Assembly: GCA_028534125.1 (NCBI GenBank)
Contig: CM052816.1
Location: 55,368,001-55,432,000 of the forward strand
Length of the DNA stretch: 64,000 bases
From: Lama glama
Lineage: Eukaryota
Direction: 5' to 3'
Part shown: positions 25,705 to 37,600 of the stretch, in pieces
Position numbering within the stretch: the stretch's first letter is position 1
Layout of the letters: each line of letters opens with the position of its first letter
Program-made: the position numbers and the translations under genes
Notes under the pieces: generated by a model
What the model saw: the letters and a program-made list of their open reading frames with translations, nothing else
Told to the model about the DNA's origin: nothing
Databases searched by the model: none

Positions 25705-26384
25705 GTTTTACAGGCTGAGTTGTGTCCCCACAAAAGTAATGTGTTGAAGTCCTATGCTCTGGTACCTCAGAATGTGACTGTATTTGTATTGTATTTAGAG
25801 ATTGGGGTTTTTTTTTAATTGAAGTAAAATCAGTTTACAATGTGTGTCAGTTTCTGGTGTATAGCATAATGCTTCAGTCATACATATACATACATATATT
25901 CCTTTCCATATTATTTTTCATTATAGGTTACTGTAAGATACTGAATATAGTTCCCTGTACTATACAGAAGAAACTTGTTGTTTATCTATCTTATATATAG
26001 TAGTTAGTATCTGCAAATCTCACTCAACTTATCCCTTCCAATCTTCTTTCCCCCCAGTAACCGTAAGTTTATTTTCTATGTCTGTGAGTCTGTTCTTGTT
26101 TTATAAATAAATTCATGGGACATTAGGGTGAGTCCTAATCCAATATGATAGTGTCCTTATAAGAAGAAGAAATTAAGGACACAGGTAAGCACAGAGCAAA
26201 GACCCCGTGAAGACACGGGAAGAAGACGGCCATCTACAAGCCAAGGAGAGGGGTTCAGAAGAAAGCAACCCAGCTGACACCTCGATCTCAGACTCTCAGG
26301 CTCCAGAATTGTGAAGAAATAAATTTGTGTTGTTTGTTACCCAATCTGTGGTACTTTGTTATGGAAGCCCCAGGAAACTAATAC
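25705..26384 (+). mobile_element. MaLR LTR (MLT1A/B-like) with a nested artiodactyl L1 3' end (minus, ~25808-26113)
   Basis: ggctgagttgtgtcccc...cctcagaatgtgactgtatttg | L1 | tagggtgagtcctaatccaatatga...ggaaactaataca. Confidence 0.85.
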
Positions 26385-27531
26385 ACCGGGTAATATGCAA
26401 GATTCTGGGTGCCACACAGGGCAAAACACAGAAATGGCCCCAGTCCCTGGAGTTTAAGGTCTAATGGAGAGTCAGATAAGAAATAATCACATGTTACAGT
26501 AGGTCCTAGGATGCTCACATCCTGGCTGCTGTAATTGAGAAGAAGACAGGTGCAAGTTAACTTACTTTAGAAAACTCACTTTAGATAAAGAAGGACTCTC
26601 TGAAGCACTGACATTGAAGCTGTCAAACTGACACCTGCAGGAGGAGAAGGAGGCAGTCACGTGAAAGCTAAGGAAAGAGGCTTCCACTCTGAGGAAGCAG
26701 CAGGTGCAAAAACCCACAGAGGAGAAGGAAATATGCTTATTTGGCTACAAATGCCTAGTGGCCAGAATGGAGTTCATGAAGAAGGAAGGAAATGACATGA
26801 AATGGGGCTGGGTTAGTGGATGGTGATGGGTGGGCAGTGCATTAAAATCCATAGTAGAGATCTTGGATTTTATTCCAAGTACAAAAAAAAAAAGCGATTG
26901 AATTCTGAAAAAATGTACAAGTGCATTCAGCTCAGGCTCAGATAAGCCATGCCTATAGAATAATCTTTTTATTGGAATCACAAGGTTGTGACCAAAGCTT
27001 TGCTACCCTGGGTTGCAGTGCTCAAAAGTGCCCCTTTAGTTCTTAAGAGTGATAAATGACCCTCCTTTGACAGGTTCGAAATGTACACAATGGACTGAAA
27101 TGAAATGTTAAAAGTAAAAAGAAATGTACTTTTTAAATTTGCTATAGCCAAACACAACTTATGAGATCCTTTTTCAATAATGATAGAACAAAAGTATATT
27201 TTATTTTTCAAAAAAAAACACAACTGAATGCTTTTAAGCAGAGAATTGACATTTATGGGTAATGGAAAGTAAAATAAGGCTCTTGCTATCTCAGTTTTGG
27301 CTGCAGCACAAAGGCAAGAGACATCACATTCTTAAGTCAGATCCACACTGATATTTCAAAGTAGGGGTCTAAAAACTGGTTAGATGACACCTAAGGTCTT
27401 CTCCCACATTTTGTATATAAAGAGATGAGGAGCTGGAGATTAAAGAAGAGGGTTTTTTTTTAAAAGGATTTTTGGAGAGAGCTGTAGGAATGTCCTAAGC
27501 CCAATCATATACTGCCCAAAACACTACATGA

Positions 27532-27782
27532 GTCCACTATATTAGTGATGTTACTTTGCTTGGGTGAGCAAGAAGCAACAAGTATATTGGAGGCCTTCTT
27601 AAAGTACTGAACTCCAGAGGATGGGAGATAAACTGAGATGATGCAGAGTCCTGCCCCATCTGTGAAGATTTTAGGGGTCCAGTGGTCTCAGGCATGCCAG
27701 GATATCCCCTCAAAAGCAAAGGACAAATTACTACATCTTATACTTCCCACCACCAAGAAGGAAGCACCGTGCCTGGTAGGCC
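27532..27782 (+). mobile_element. ERVL pol (reverse transcriptase) fragment
   Basis: VHYISDVTL/EQEATSILEA/SRGWEIN/MQSPAPSVKILGVQWSQACQDIPSKAKDKLLHLILPTTKKEAPCLVG, the ERVL RT segment following the YIDD motif. Confidence 0.8.
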
Positions 27783-27784
27783 GA

Positions 27785-27888
27785 GGCTGACTAACCATCT
27801 CGGTTTGTCCAGTTCTGGGTCATTTCCTGAGGTGCAGGACTTTCAGCACTAAAACTGAACAGTGCCAGGCAAACTTGGATGGTTAGCC
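27785..27888. mobile_element. MER81-like hAT MITE
   Basis: Degenerate inverted ends ggctgactaaccatctcggtttgtcc ... ggcaaacttggatggttagcc; core ggactttcagcactaaaact. Confidence 0.65.
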
Positions 27889-28519
27889 TTAAAGGCCTCT
27901 TACTTTTTAAAAGCCACCCTGCGTCAAGTCTCTGTTCATGCAGCTAAAAGCATTCTACCTTATAGTACCTCCAAAGTTTCAGAGAGACCCTGGCACAAAG
28001 TAGAACCTCTGCAAATGTCTGCTGAGTTGAGCTGAGCTGAACTGTTCATCGAGCAAACAGGAAGAGCACCTCCATCTTTTATATCCTAAGTGTCTAGCAC
28101 AATCCCCAGACCAGAGAAGGTGTTCGGCAAATATCTGCTTAAAGCCAGAATGGCTTCAGAATCTTCACAGGCAAAAGAGAAACTTTCGGAGTCTGCATGG
28201 AAGGCTGAAAATGAGAAAAATTAGCTCAGCGAAAACTGAAGTTCTGGAAGAATCTTTCTGCTAAAATGAACAAGGAAGGAGCTGGCTCAGGTAGGGCCAG
28301 GAAGAGAGGAGCTGAAGAGGTCTCTAGCCTCCTTTGGTGGCTCAGAAGGGACGGCAGTGTGTCACTTCGGCACCTGGGGGAGGGTGGAGAAGGGGAAAGG
28401 AGCAGAAATGCCCACAAGAGACTTCCCTTGGTAAAAAGAGGCAGAATCTGTTATTTGGTAACTTTCTTAGAAAGAAGAGGGATGAATCAAAGGAAACTCC
28501 AAACTACCCTGCCTGTACC

Positions 28520-28900
28520 CATTCCATTAGCTCGTGGGAGTGATGGCAGCTGAGAGCTCTCAGCCAGGTCTCTCTCCGGGACTTGGTCTCAGCTAACTAC
28601 AGCTGACTTACTCAAGGTCAATCCCCGTTTCTGGGAGCCGCGTGAATACAAAGACTTGTCCACGCAAACAGCTCTAGGCCCAAGCCTCTGTCTCCAACTG
28701 GGAACAACTCTGACAGGCCATCCTGGCTTCAGAACTGCTCGTAGGATTGACTGAGGCTTGTGGCTGCACTGCAGTTCAACACATTAACTTCTCCCTCTTT
28801 CCTTTGTTCCCACAATGGTGTTGCTCTCAAGAGCGTCTCCCATTGACTACGTGCACGCAAATCTCCTCCAAGTTTGCCTCTTGGGGTCCAAAACTAAAGG
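28520..28900 (+). mobile_element. ERVL solo LTR, LTR33-like
   Basis: caactctgacaggccatcctggcttcagaact...gtaggattgactgaggc...gtgttgctctcaagagc...tgcacgcaaatctcc. Confidence 0.6.
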
Positions 28901-28941
28901 GTCTGAGATTTCCAGTCTATCTGCAAGCTAACAAATGAATC

Positions 28942-29369
28942 TGCGACAGGCTCACAGATTCTGGAAAAAGACGTGAAACTCGGGCCGAGGGCAAAGAACG
29001 TTATTATGACTCATGGCACAGTAGCCAGCATGAACTTCATGTTCAGATTGATTTTCCTTGCTCTCCAAGTCCCACAGGGTGATACAGAACACAGAGTACA
29101 TTTGTGTCCCTGCCGAGGAACCCTAGCTTAGGAAACCCTCCTATGTAAATGGGGTAACTAGCAAGTCTGCCTACCCTTTATCCTGGAGGGAGACATTATA
29201 TTTATTCTGCTGGTCAGGAAACAAATCTGCCTTCTGTCCTAGAGGCAGACACACTCTCTAGCTTCTAAACCTGTTTGCCATATAAACATCCTTGAAGAGA
29301 TAGTTTAGAACAGTAACTGACAAAGATGTGCAGAAATGAGAGATAACCAGGGACAGCTGTCCCCCAGCA
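28942..29369 (-). mobile_element. ERV-type solo LTR (family not assigned)
   Basis: TG...CA-bounded ~430 bp with LTR-like internal repeats (ggagggagacatta / gaggcagacacact; aatctgcc / aagtctgcc). Confidence 0.5.
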
Positions 29370-29539
29370 CTTGGGAAACCCACCTTGTGCTACACACACA
29401 TACGTACACATGCTCGTGAAGCTATTATAATTTCAGCACTCATGTAAATGTTGTCTCTATTAATTTTCAGAGTAGTGGTTTTTTTTTTCATTTTCAATTA
29501 TGTATTTGAGGGACACTATAGACTTTTTTCTTTTTAATT

Positions 29540-31920
29540 TAATTTTACTTTTGTCTATATGTACATAGTTTTAAAAATCAAATAGAACCGAAGAACTCAT
29601 AATGAAAAAGTTGTTTCCTACTCAATCCCCCTCACTACTATTTCCTGTTCTCAAAAGTTAACAACTTTCAATTACCGTAGCCAATAACTCTGGTATTACC
29701 TTCATAATTTTAAAAAATACTGATCATGTCATTTTTGTCTATTATTCTTAAATAGAATCTATTGCTTTCTTACAGAAGTCAAGGATTTAACTCATATCAA
29801 TTGTCATATACACAAATTTTTGTCTTCCATCCTCTTAGTATGAATGTATTAAGTAATATTTTTAGTTACACCCACACACAATTTTTATATTTTCAGGATT
29901 AAATACTATTTACCAGAGATTCAAGGAAATATGACCATAATCCATAATCATATGACCATATTTCCTTCCTTACTGACATCTTTCTTGGAATTAATTACTT
30001 TTTTTTCCCCCATTTGGCCTAAATTTCCAAGTGCTTCCACTGCCTCCGAACAGCTCCATAAAATGTCTCTCAGCTTTTTTCCATGTGGTCAAAGCCGTCC
30101 AATAATCTACCAGTCCAATTATTGCTGAAGGCATCCTTCCTGCAATGTCCTTTTCCAGTCTGGGCAGGTTGCTCTCTAGGCCAGCTAAGCCACTGCTCTC
30201 CATGGACTCCAGGTGTATTACCTAGGAGAATTTCCTCTACTTCTCTTCCTCATTTTGGTAAAGTAATTATCCTCCAGTATTTGCCTGGAAAACACACACA
30301 GGAGGAAATTTTGTAGTCCCTGGAGGCGTGAACGTGGCTTTTTCTTTTTCCTCTCCTTATATTTGAGTAACCATTTGGATATTAAATTTTTAAGAAATTA
30401 TTACATCAAATTCTAGCCCCTAGAGATCCCTTTAAGAAATCTGACATCTTCCTACTTCTTAATCTTTTATGTGCCGTCTGTTTTACATCTCTGGGAGAAT
30501 TTAGTATCTCTTCTATCTAAAGAGTATCTTCATTCACGTAGTGGGCCCTTTCAATCTTGAAATGAGTCTTTCAGTTCCAAGAAATTCACCTTGATCATAT
30601 TCTCCATTTAATTTCTCTGTTCTCTAGTATCAAAATTCTGTTAATTAAATATTGTACCTCCTGAACATATCCTTTAATTTTCTTATCTTTTCTTGACTAT
30701 TTGTATTTTCTATCTTTTTTTATCTTTTGTTCCTTCTAGAAATGTCATTTTTATCTTCTAATCCCTGTCCTGAAATTTAACTCTTTGCTCTTATATTTTT
30801 AAGTCCCAAGAGTTTTTCCCTCATTCTCTGATAGTACTTTTTCTTTCTTTTTCTTTCTTTTCTCTTTCTTTCTTTCTTTCTTTCTTTCTCTTTTGTTTGT
30901 TTGTTTTTTACAGCATCTTATTCTTACTTCATGAATCATTTCCTTTAATCTTCCTGGAATGATTATCAGTTACAGGTTTCTTTCATTCCTCCTGCATTTA
31001 CACTGCCTCTTTTTCTGGTATGTTTGGGCTTTGTATTTCATGTTGGAGGGGATCTTCAAATGCTGGATGATCCTACACTGTCTATTATGATTAACAGTAA
31101 GACTTAAAATGCCAATTGGGAGCTTTATATGAATGAGCCAGACATGCCAATACGAAGGTTTTAATACTGTTGCATGAGGGGAGTCCTAGCTTCTCTTAAA
31201 AGGAACTCTAAAGTGTCAGTATCTGTAGGTATTTTTTGTGATTTGTTTTCAGGCTGGCAAGTTTCCCCAAATGGAACTGCTCTAGTCTCCTGCCTGAGAG
31301 GCTCAGCATTCTAGGAGCCAAGACGACGAAGGGATTGGGGATGAGTCTCACCCTTCAGTTTATGGACTTTCACTTAATCCCCTCACCCTATTATTAGTAC
31401 AGTGCCACACCACCACAGCCATCTGCATTTAGTATCCCTGAGACCTGATCTTATATGGCTCATGATCACTGGACAGTGACCCTCCAGCCTTCTGCTACGG
31501 GCTGAATTGGCTTGTTGACTAGTTGAGTGAGGTAGGAGAAGGAATCTGGAAATCCAGCTGATGCTTCTAAAGGCTTTCAACTAGTTTTCTGTTTGGGCTC
31601 TTGCCCTGTAATTGTGCCTTTGGAATATCTGGTGTCTTCAGTTCCTGAACCTTTTTAGGGTTCTGTGATGCAAAAATTCCTTTCTCCTTATTGATTTCTC
31701 CTTTACCGGCACTTAAGTTTCAGCTCTCTCTAGCATGCTAACTTATTTACATTTATCCATTTGCTTTCCATACTCCGAAGTTGTGTTCATTATCTCTCAC
31801 CGCTGCCATCCTTCCATTCTCATTGTCTTTGTGGCTTTTCACCTTTGTCCTTTGACTGTTACTTGAGTAGGATTGGGGAGGGAGTCGAGAAAAACAAATG
31901 TGTTCATTCTATCATGTTTA
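29540..31920 (-). mobile_element. Highly degenerate old L1 fragments, including (TTTC)n at ~30840-30905
   Basis: T-rich strand bias and antisense L1 ORF1/5'-type motifs (gggccctttcaatcttgaaatgagtctttcagttcc). Confidence 0.45.
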
Positions 31921-34729
31921 ATAGGAAGGCCTGGCATGCCATCACCTTTTCATGCTTATGATCTCTAAGGTTTGTGATCTAGGCTTGAAGAGATTTCAAG
32001 GCAAAAAACTACTCCTTAAACTCCTACAACTTACCAAAGATTCAAAGTAATCTTGTCTGGTTCAGAACACATACATATTCATGGCTTATACAGAGGACAC
32101 AACTAAAGATTACATAAACTAGGAAATAACAGTAACAAACTCAACCGCATGATGCAAATAAGGACAAAACTAAGGGCCTCCCTTATTCTCTGTCTCCCAG
32201 GGGATCAATGTGTGGTACTTGCTGTGAGTTCGCTGGAGGTGGTAGGAAACCAGTCCTAAAGATTTGTGGAGCAGACTTGAAAGCTCTATCTTGCTGGGAG
32301 ATATGTGGGAAATGAAATAAATTTTGAAGAGTTAAAACCTTCAAAGACTTAGAAACAGAAGCATTTGATAAGATAACCTACATATGTAAATGTTGTAAAG
32401 AACTGACTAAATAAATAAATAGTATAACTGTAGAAATGCTGGCCCCCCAGAGAAGGAAGGCCTTCAGTGAGAATTTTCATCTTCCAGCAACGATTTGCTC
32501 ACTTGTATCTTTTTTTCTCTTGTTCAGATTCACTAACTTAGAGAGCTCTACTCCCTCCCTCCTCAATACATGTCACTAAAGAAAATCATATTTCTTTAAA
32601 TACGTTGTACCAGTCAGACTGCTTGTTAGTTCAGGGTGACTTTCTCTGCTCTTCCAGTTCCTGCCGGATAATAACCTTAAAGCCAGAAACAGGAGTGGAA
32701 TTGCCAGGGGCGATGGGCAAAGGTCAAGAAGTAGGGAATGGTAGGCTAGAAAGTGACAAGGACACATGGAATAAAAAAGGACTCAGAAGGTGACTGATGT
32801 ACGGGGAGAAGGTGGGGGCTGCAAGAAAAGGGCGATACAAGGAAGGGGGTGGAACGAGCAGAGAGACCACACAACAGGGCAGGGAGCTGGTGCAACGTGA
32901 GTAGAGGGAAGACCTCAGAGCAGTTCCAGAAAGGAAACACAAATACGCCCAGCTCTGTTTGTCAATGTCTGTGGGCTGTCAGGGTTCCAGGGATTCAGAT
33001 TTGAGGAACACTGACTCATGGACCTCAATTCTCATGAAAATGCCTCTTAATCATGAATTACCTTTGCAAAACAAAAAGGTGTTGACTTTCATCTGGTTAA
33101 AAAAAATTTTTTTAACTTATGTAAAAATACGAAGTTTAAAGAAACATAGAACTTGAGAACCTAAACACTAGTTTGAAAGCTATTGTCATAGGAAGCCAGG
33201 GAGAGGGTCCACAGAAGTGTCGCCTAAGAAAGGCTCAAGTGTGATGGGCAGAGGACAAAGCACACACTGATGTTCCAATGAAAATAGGTCGCTGGTGTTT
33301 CCTGCCTGACTTGTTAATCAAAAAAGTAGGGGTGTAGGAACAGTGATGACAGGGGACAAGGCAGGGAACAGTAGTAGACATAAAGAAAAGGAGTGTGACA
33401 TTCTTTCATGATTTAGCAGTCTCCAAAAAAGTTGCCAGTAATCCTTAGAGTCATAGGCCAGAAAGGACTCTTCAAGGTCATTTAACCTGGTCTTTTACTT
33501 CAGATAACCTGGTAGTCAAACTATCAGGGGGAAAAAAAAGCCAAGTCACATTTAAGTTCCAACCTTCCTTTGATCAGCAATGGAAAAAACCAGTTGTCAC
33601 AGAGTGTCAGTTATCCAAATGGCAAATTCAGCTTTCTCTACCACTGAGCAAACATTATTATAAATATAGCTTGTCTAAACACCTCTGCTGAGGATGCCTT
33701 GCAGTAAAGAAAAGAAATTCTGCAGCCCAGGGCATTGAGTCAGAATTTGTACACTGTACTATCTAACTGCAAACAGAAGCAAGACTGGGAGTTGCAGCAC
33801 TGTTTGGCCACCAACCATTCCACAGCCACGCTCTCACCTGCTTTGATCATGGAGCAGAGACCACTCACTACGCATAGACGCCCATGGGATACTGTGCCAA
33901 GGACACGTGCGATGGCTCTAGGGCGAACTGGGCCTGAGAGCCGTGCCTGGAGTCTGACAGGCCTTTGCTTGAGCCCTTTCTCGGCAACTTAGAGCTTTAT
34001 GATTCCAGAAGAATCGGGAAGAGAGAGAAGAGGGTCTTAAACAGGAAATAATAGTACCTGCCTCATAGGGCTACTGTAAAGGTAAAATAAAGAAATAAAC
34101 ATAAAATACTTAGTAGAATGCCTGGCAACTCCTCCAAAAATTGTTCGAATGCCATTAACAGCCACAGTAGCAGCACCAATACCAGCAATGGCTTTAGAAT
34201 CCCTATACTGTAAGAATTTGTGTTTTATGTAAGGCTTACAGGGGCAATTGCATTAGAAAAGGGAGTTTGGTGGGGTGGGGTCTTAAGCTGTACCTATGTA
34301 GCAAGAAGATTTATAAGGCAGGTTTATGTGGAATGGTTTAGCAGGAGGCGAGCCTCTCTTGGCACTGCCACTTACCATTACATTATTGCTTTGTCCTTGT
34401 AATTACTATGATGACTACTACAATGTCTGATACTGGAGGAGACATTTCTGGGTGCTATGCCTGGAGAGAAACAGCTTCTGAGGACTGGCACTTTACATCA
34501 AAGTCCCCCGTGGTCAGTGATGGGACACAGGGCAAGAGAACTAAAAGGAAATAAACAACGAGGCACGGCACTTCACAAGAAATACAGGAACATCGTAGAG
34601 CAGAAGTATGGGTGGCATTAAAACAAACCCGATCAACAGGACTCCTCCAGAGTCCCAGGAGCTTTCCATACAATATCTTATTTAATTCTCTCAACAATTC
34701 TGTGCTGCAAGTATTCTCAGCCTCATCTT

Positions 34730-34925
34730 TAGAGAGCCAGACTTCTGGCTCTGCTAATTATCAGCCATTTAATCTCAGCAAACCATGTACCAACCTTCTC
34801 CCTCAGTTTCCTCATATTTAAAATGGGGACAATAATTTACCTATTTTGTAGGGTCCTTATAAGACTAAGTGAGTTAACGAATGTAAAGCATCCAGATAGC
34901 GTCTGGCACATAATAAATGCTATAA
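34730..34925 (+). mobile_element. MIR SINE
   Basis: cctcagtttcctcatatttaaaatggggacaataat...gtaaagca...ctggcacataataaatgct. Confidence 0.75.
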
Positions 34926-35041
34926 AAACTGAGGTGAATATCATCTTGTAGATGAGTAACTTGACATAGAGAAGTTGAGGAATGTCCCATCAGTGCAAAA
35001 CATTAGGCATCCCTAGAGTCTAACTAGAGTGAGGTGGGGGA

Positions 35042-35051
35042 GGGGCGGGGC
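35042..35051 (+). promoter_or_regulatory. GC box (Sp1/KLF consensus) ~160 bp upstream of the pseudogene leader
   Basis: Exact GGGGCGGGGC in otherwise CpG-poor DNA; function unproven. Confidence 0.25.
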
Positions 35052-35199
35052 GATGGGATGATGAAGGGGGGTATTTACTTGGTAATCCCTATAATTTGTT
35101 TTGCCACAAAGAGTCACACTTTGGAACAATGAGCACTTAATTTCTTGTCTGTATCACATCCCTAGGATAAACAATTTCTATAAAATTTTCACATGCTGA

Positions 35200-36180
35200 C
35201 TCATAAATGCATTACAGGCATTCAAAATAGCCTTTGTTCTATTGTTCACTTGCTTTTGTTGCCTTGAATTTCAAGTATTATTTAGCATCTTAAATGTCAC
35301 AAAGGTTTTTACTATTATCACTAATTGTACTGAGAAGACCCAATACCACTTGCACACTGGAATGAAGCACGCTGTTACTGAGTACTAGACAATATGTTTT
35401 AAATTCATCACTTAGGTAAGTTTGCAACACAGTCAACAAGCACACCTCAACGCAGTTTTACATTATGAAATAAGAATAACCAAGTCCATCAACCCTGTCT
35501 AGGAACAATCAAAAAAGACAGGTCTTTCATGAATGGATATATTGAGCCATTATTCTATGACCTAAGGATGTTGCTTCTGTAGGGTATTATTCAGCTATGT
35601 AAAAACAAAGTGTATTATTTATTATTAGAGTTAAAATAGTCTCTAATTATACCCAGTTTGAGATCAATGACATAAAGGCAATTATGGTGCAATCAAGCAA
35701 AATGGCATTGTTGTCAGGTTCCACTTACCATTTCAAAATTACCACATTAGCAAAAGTCAAGCATTTGTTAGTGCTGCTGCAAAGCCAAGCAGATAGTTCA
35801 TTCACACGGGCTCCTTTGGAGTTTCTAAAGTTATGCTCATACCTGGGGAGCATGATTATTCATGGTGTTATAAACACCGTGAATTTTCTGTCTGCCCTCC
35901 CCCCACAAAACCTCAAGACTGGAGTTTACCTTCTCAAGTTTAATAGAACCTAAACTCACTTTTGTTGAGCCCCAGTCTTTATTAATTTCTTTATCAATCA
36001 GAATTTGCATTTTCTTGCATCTTCTTCAACTATCAGAGTGACTGTGAACATGCCATTGAAGAGAATGTTCAGACAATGGTTGGCTCTAGTTAATGCTATT
36101 TCCCAGTTAGCAAGATAAACCAGAAATATATCTGAAAAAATTCCATTGGTTGAAAACCTTTCTAAAATATATTGTGTACT
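35200..36180 (+). pseudogene. Decayed signal peptide + LRRNT + LRR array + LRRCT block
   Basis: One frame from 35221 gives FKIAFVLLFTCFCCLEF...ITNCTEKTQYHLHTGMKHAVTE (hydrophobic leader, then LRRNT-like NC..K....L..G....VTE). LRR-like pieces: KNNQVHQ, PLFYDLRMLLL*G, IQLCKNKVYFI, INDIKAI, NFLSALPPQ, QNLHFL. Then FNYQSDCEHAIEENVQTMVGSS*CYFPVSKINQK/SEKIPLV..C, comparable to the PKD1 LRRCT (NPFECDC...EEQQVRVV...CAGPGSLAGQ...IPLL..GC). Confidence 0.65.
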
Positions 36181-36204
36181 TTCAAGATTTAATAAGTACA
36201 CTAA

Positions 36205-36420
36205 TAAAAATAGCTAACACTATGTAGTACTTACCAGGGACCAGTCACTGTGCCTTACATATATTAACTCATTTAATCTTCACTGCAAACAAGAAGGAAG
36301 CTACCATTCTTCTCTTCATTTTGCTGAGAAAATGATTCATTTCCTCAGATTAGTTGGCTTACCCAAAGTAAAATAAATTGTAAGTCAAGTGAGGATTTGA
36401 ACCCGGCACTGGCTCCACTC
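36205..36420 (-). mobile_element. MIR SINE
   Basis: aatagctaacac...tattaactcatttaatcttcac...ggatttgaacccgg. Confidence 0.7.
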
Positions 36421-36475
36421 ATTTAAGCAGGACAGTATATGGTACGGCCAGTGGAGGGTTTATGTTTACTTGTAG

Positions 36476-36600
36476 TAGCTCCTTGGGGATTTAATATCTT
36501 ATACTGTGTCAAGACCACCATTGTGGACATGAATTCTCATTGAGGAAAATGTAAATAAAGTAGGTGTAAGACCTGTGTAAACTGTGGGTGCTGGGGAAGG
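36476..36600 (+). pseudogene. Possible decayed cysteine-rich exon (position where PKD1 has its WSC domain)
   Basis: tttacttgtag acceptor; reads APWGFNILYCVKTTIVDMNSH*GKCK*SRCKTCVNCGCWG. Cys-rich but motif match is weak. Confidence 0.2.
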
Positions 36601-37219
36601 GAGGAGGTGCTATAGGGCTTGAGCTAAATTAATTTGGGGGCTTTAAAAATTGTTACAGTTTTCCCTCTGAAATCAAGTCAGTTCATATTAACTGGAAGAA
36701 ATAATAAAAGTATTAAAAAAGAATAAATATTACCAATTGTTCTTGCCATTAGTAACGTGTTAAATGATGTTTTAACAGTCTTTTTCTATACCGTATGGAT
36801 GCATTTAAAAAAATTAAAGGCAGTTTATAGTACAGTGGTTAAGTGGATTCTCAGAAAGAGACCACTGAACCTCACATCTCTAGACTTCAGCTTCATCTGC
36901 AAAATGGGTATAAGACTAAACTAACACCCACTGAAGGATAGGCAGATGTTCCATATGAAATACTGAGCACGACGCTTGGCAGAGAGCAAGCACTCAACAA
37001 AAGTTAGATATTGTTTTAATATCAGCAATACAAAGCGTTTTCAACTTGCCTTCCTACCCAAGTCTAGATTATGCTGCAATAAATTTCCTCCTAAATACCT
37101 CCTTTGTGATCATTTGATTTTTTCCCTTAGGATAAAATTTCAAAAGTGAAATGGCTGTTTCCAAAGATATAAAATAAATATTCTGAGATTTTGTATATTT
37201 CCAAATTGATTTCCAGAAA

Positions 37220-37319
37220 NNNNNNNNNNNNNNNNNNNNNNNNNNNNNNNNNNNNNNNNNNNNNNNNNNNNNNNNNNNNNNNNNNNNNNNNNNNNNNNNN
37301 NNNNNNNNNNNNNNNNNNN
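37220..37319. other. Assembly gap (100 N)
   Basis: Run of N. Confidence 1.
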
Positions 37320-37440
37320 AAAAAAAAAGTGTGACAATGAATATATGTATGTTCATGTATAACTGAAAAATTGTGCTCTACACTGGAATTTGGCACAACA
37401 ATGTAAAATGACTATAACTCAATAAAAAATGTTTAAAAAA
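37320..37440 (+). mobile_element. Young camelid L1 3' terminus next to the gap
   Basis: gtgacaatgaatatatgtatgttcatgtataactgaaaaattgtgctctacactggaattt...gactataactcaataaaaaa; near-identical inverted copy at 43997-44152. Confidence 0.75.
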
Positions 37441-37454
37441 TTATGATCATTTCT

Positions 37455-37600
37455 CTTTTTTTTTTTTTTGAGAGGGGAGGGAGGTAATTAAGTTTACTCA
37501 TTTATTTACTTTTTTTTTTAGAGGAGGTACTGGGGATTGAACCCAGGATCCTGTGCATATTAAGCATGCACTCCACCACTTTGAGCTATACCCTCCCCCC
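37455..37600 (-). mobile_element. Camelid Vic-1-type SINE
   Basis: gaggtactggggattgaacccagga...taagcatgcactccaccactttgagctataccctcccc; flanked by direct repeat aattatgatcatttct. Confidence 0.9.

Noticed and set aside
35729..35842. 114-bp open minus-strand exon candidate (cag...ATG|gtaagt; YEHNFRNSKGARVNELSAW...)
   Set aside because: Poor pyrimidine tract, no recognisable protein, no partner exons; lies antisense to the LRR block.
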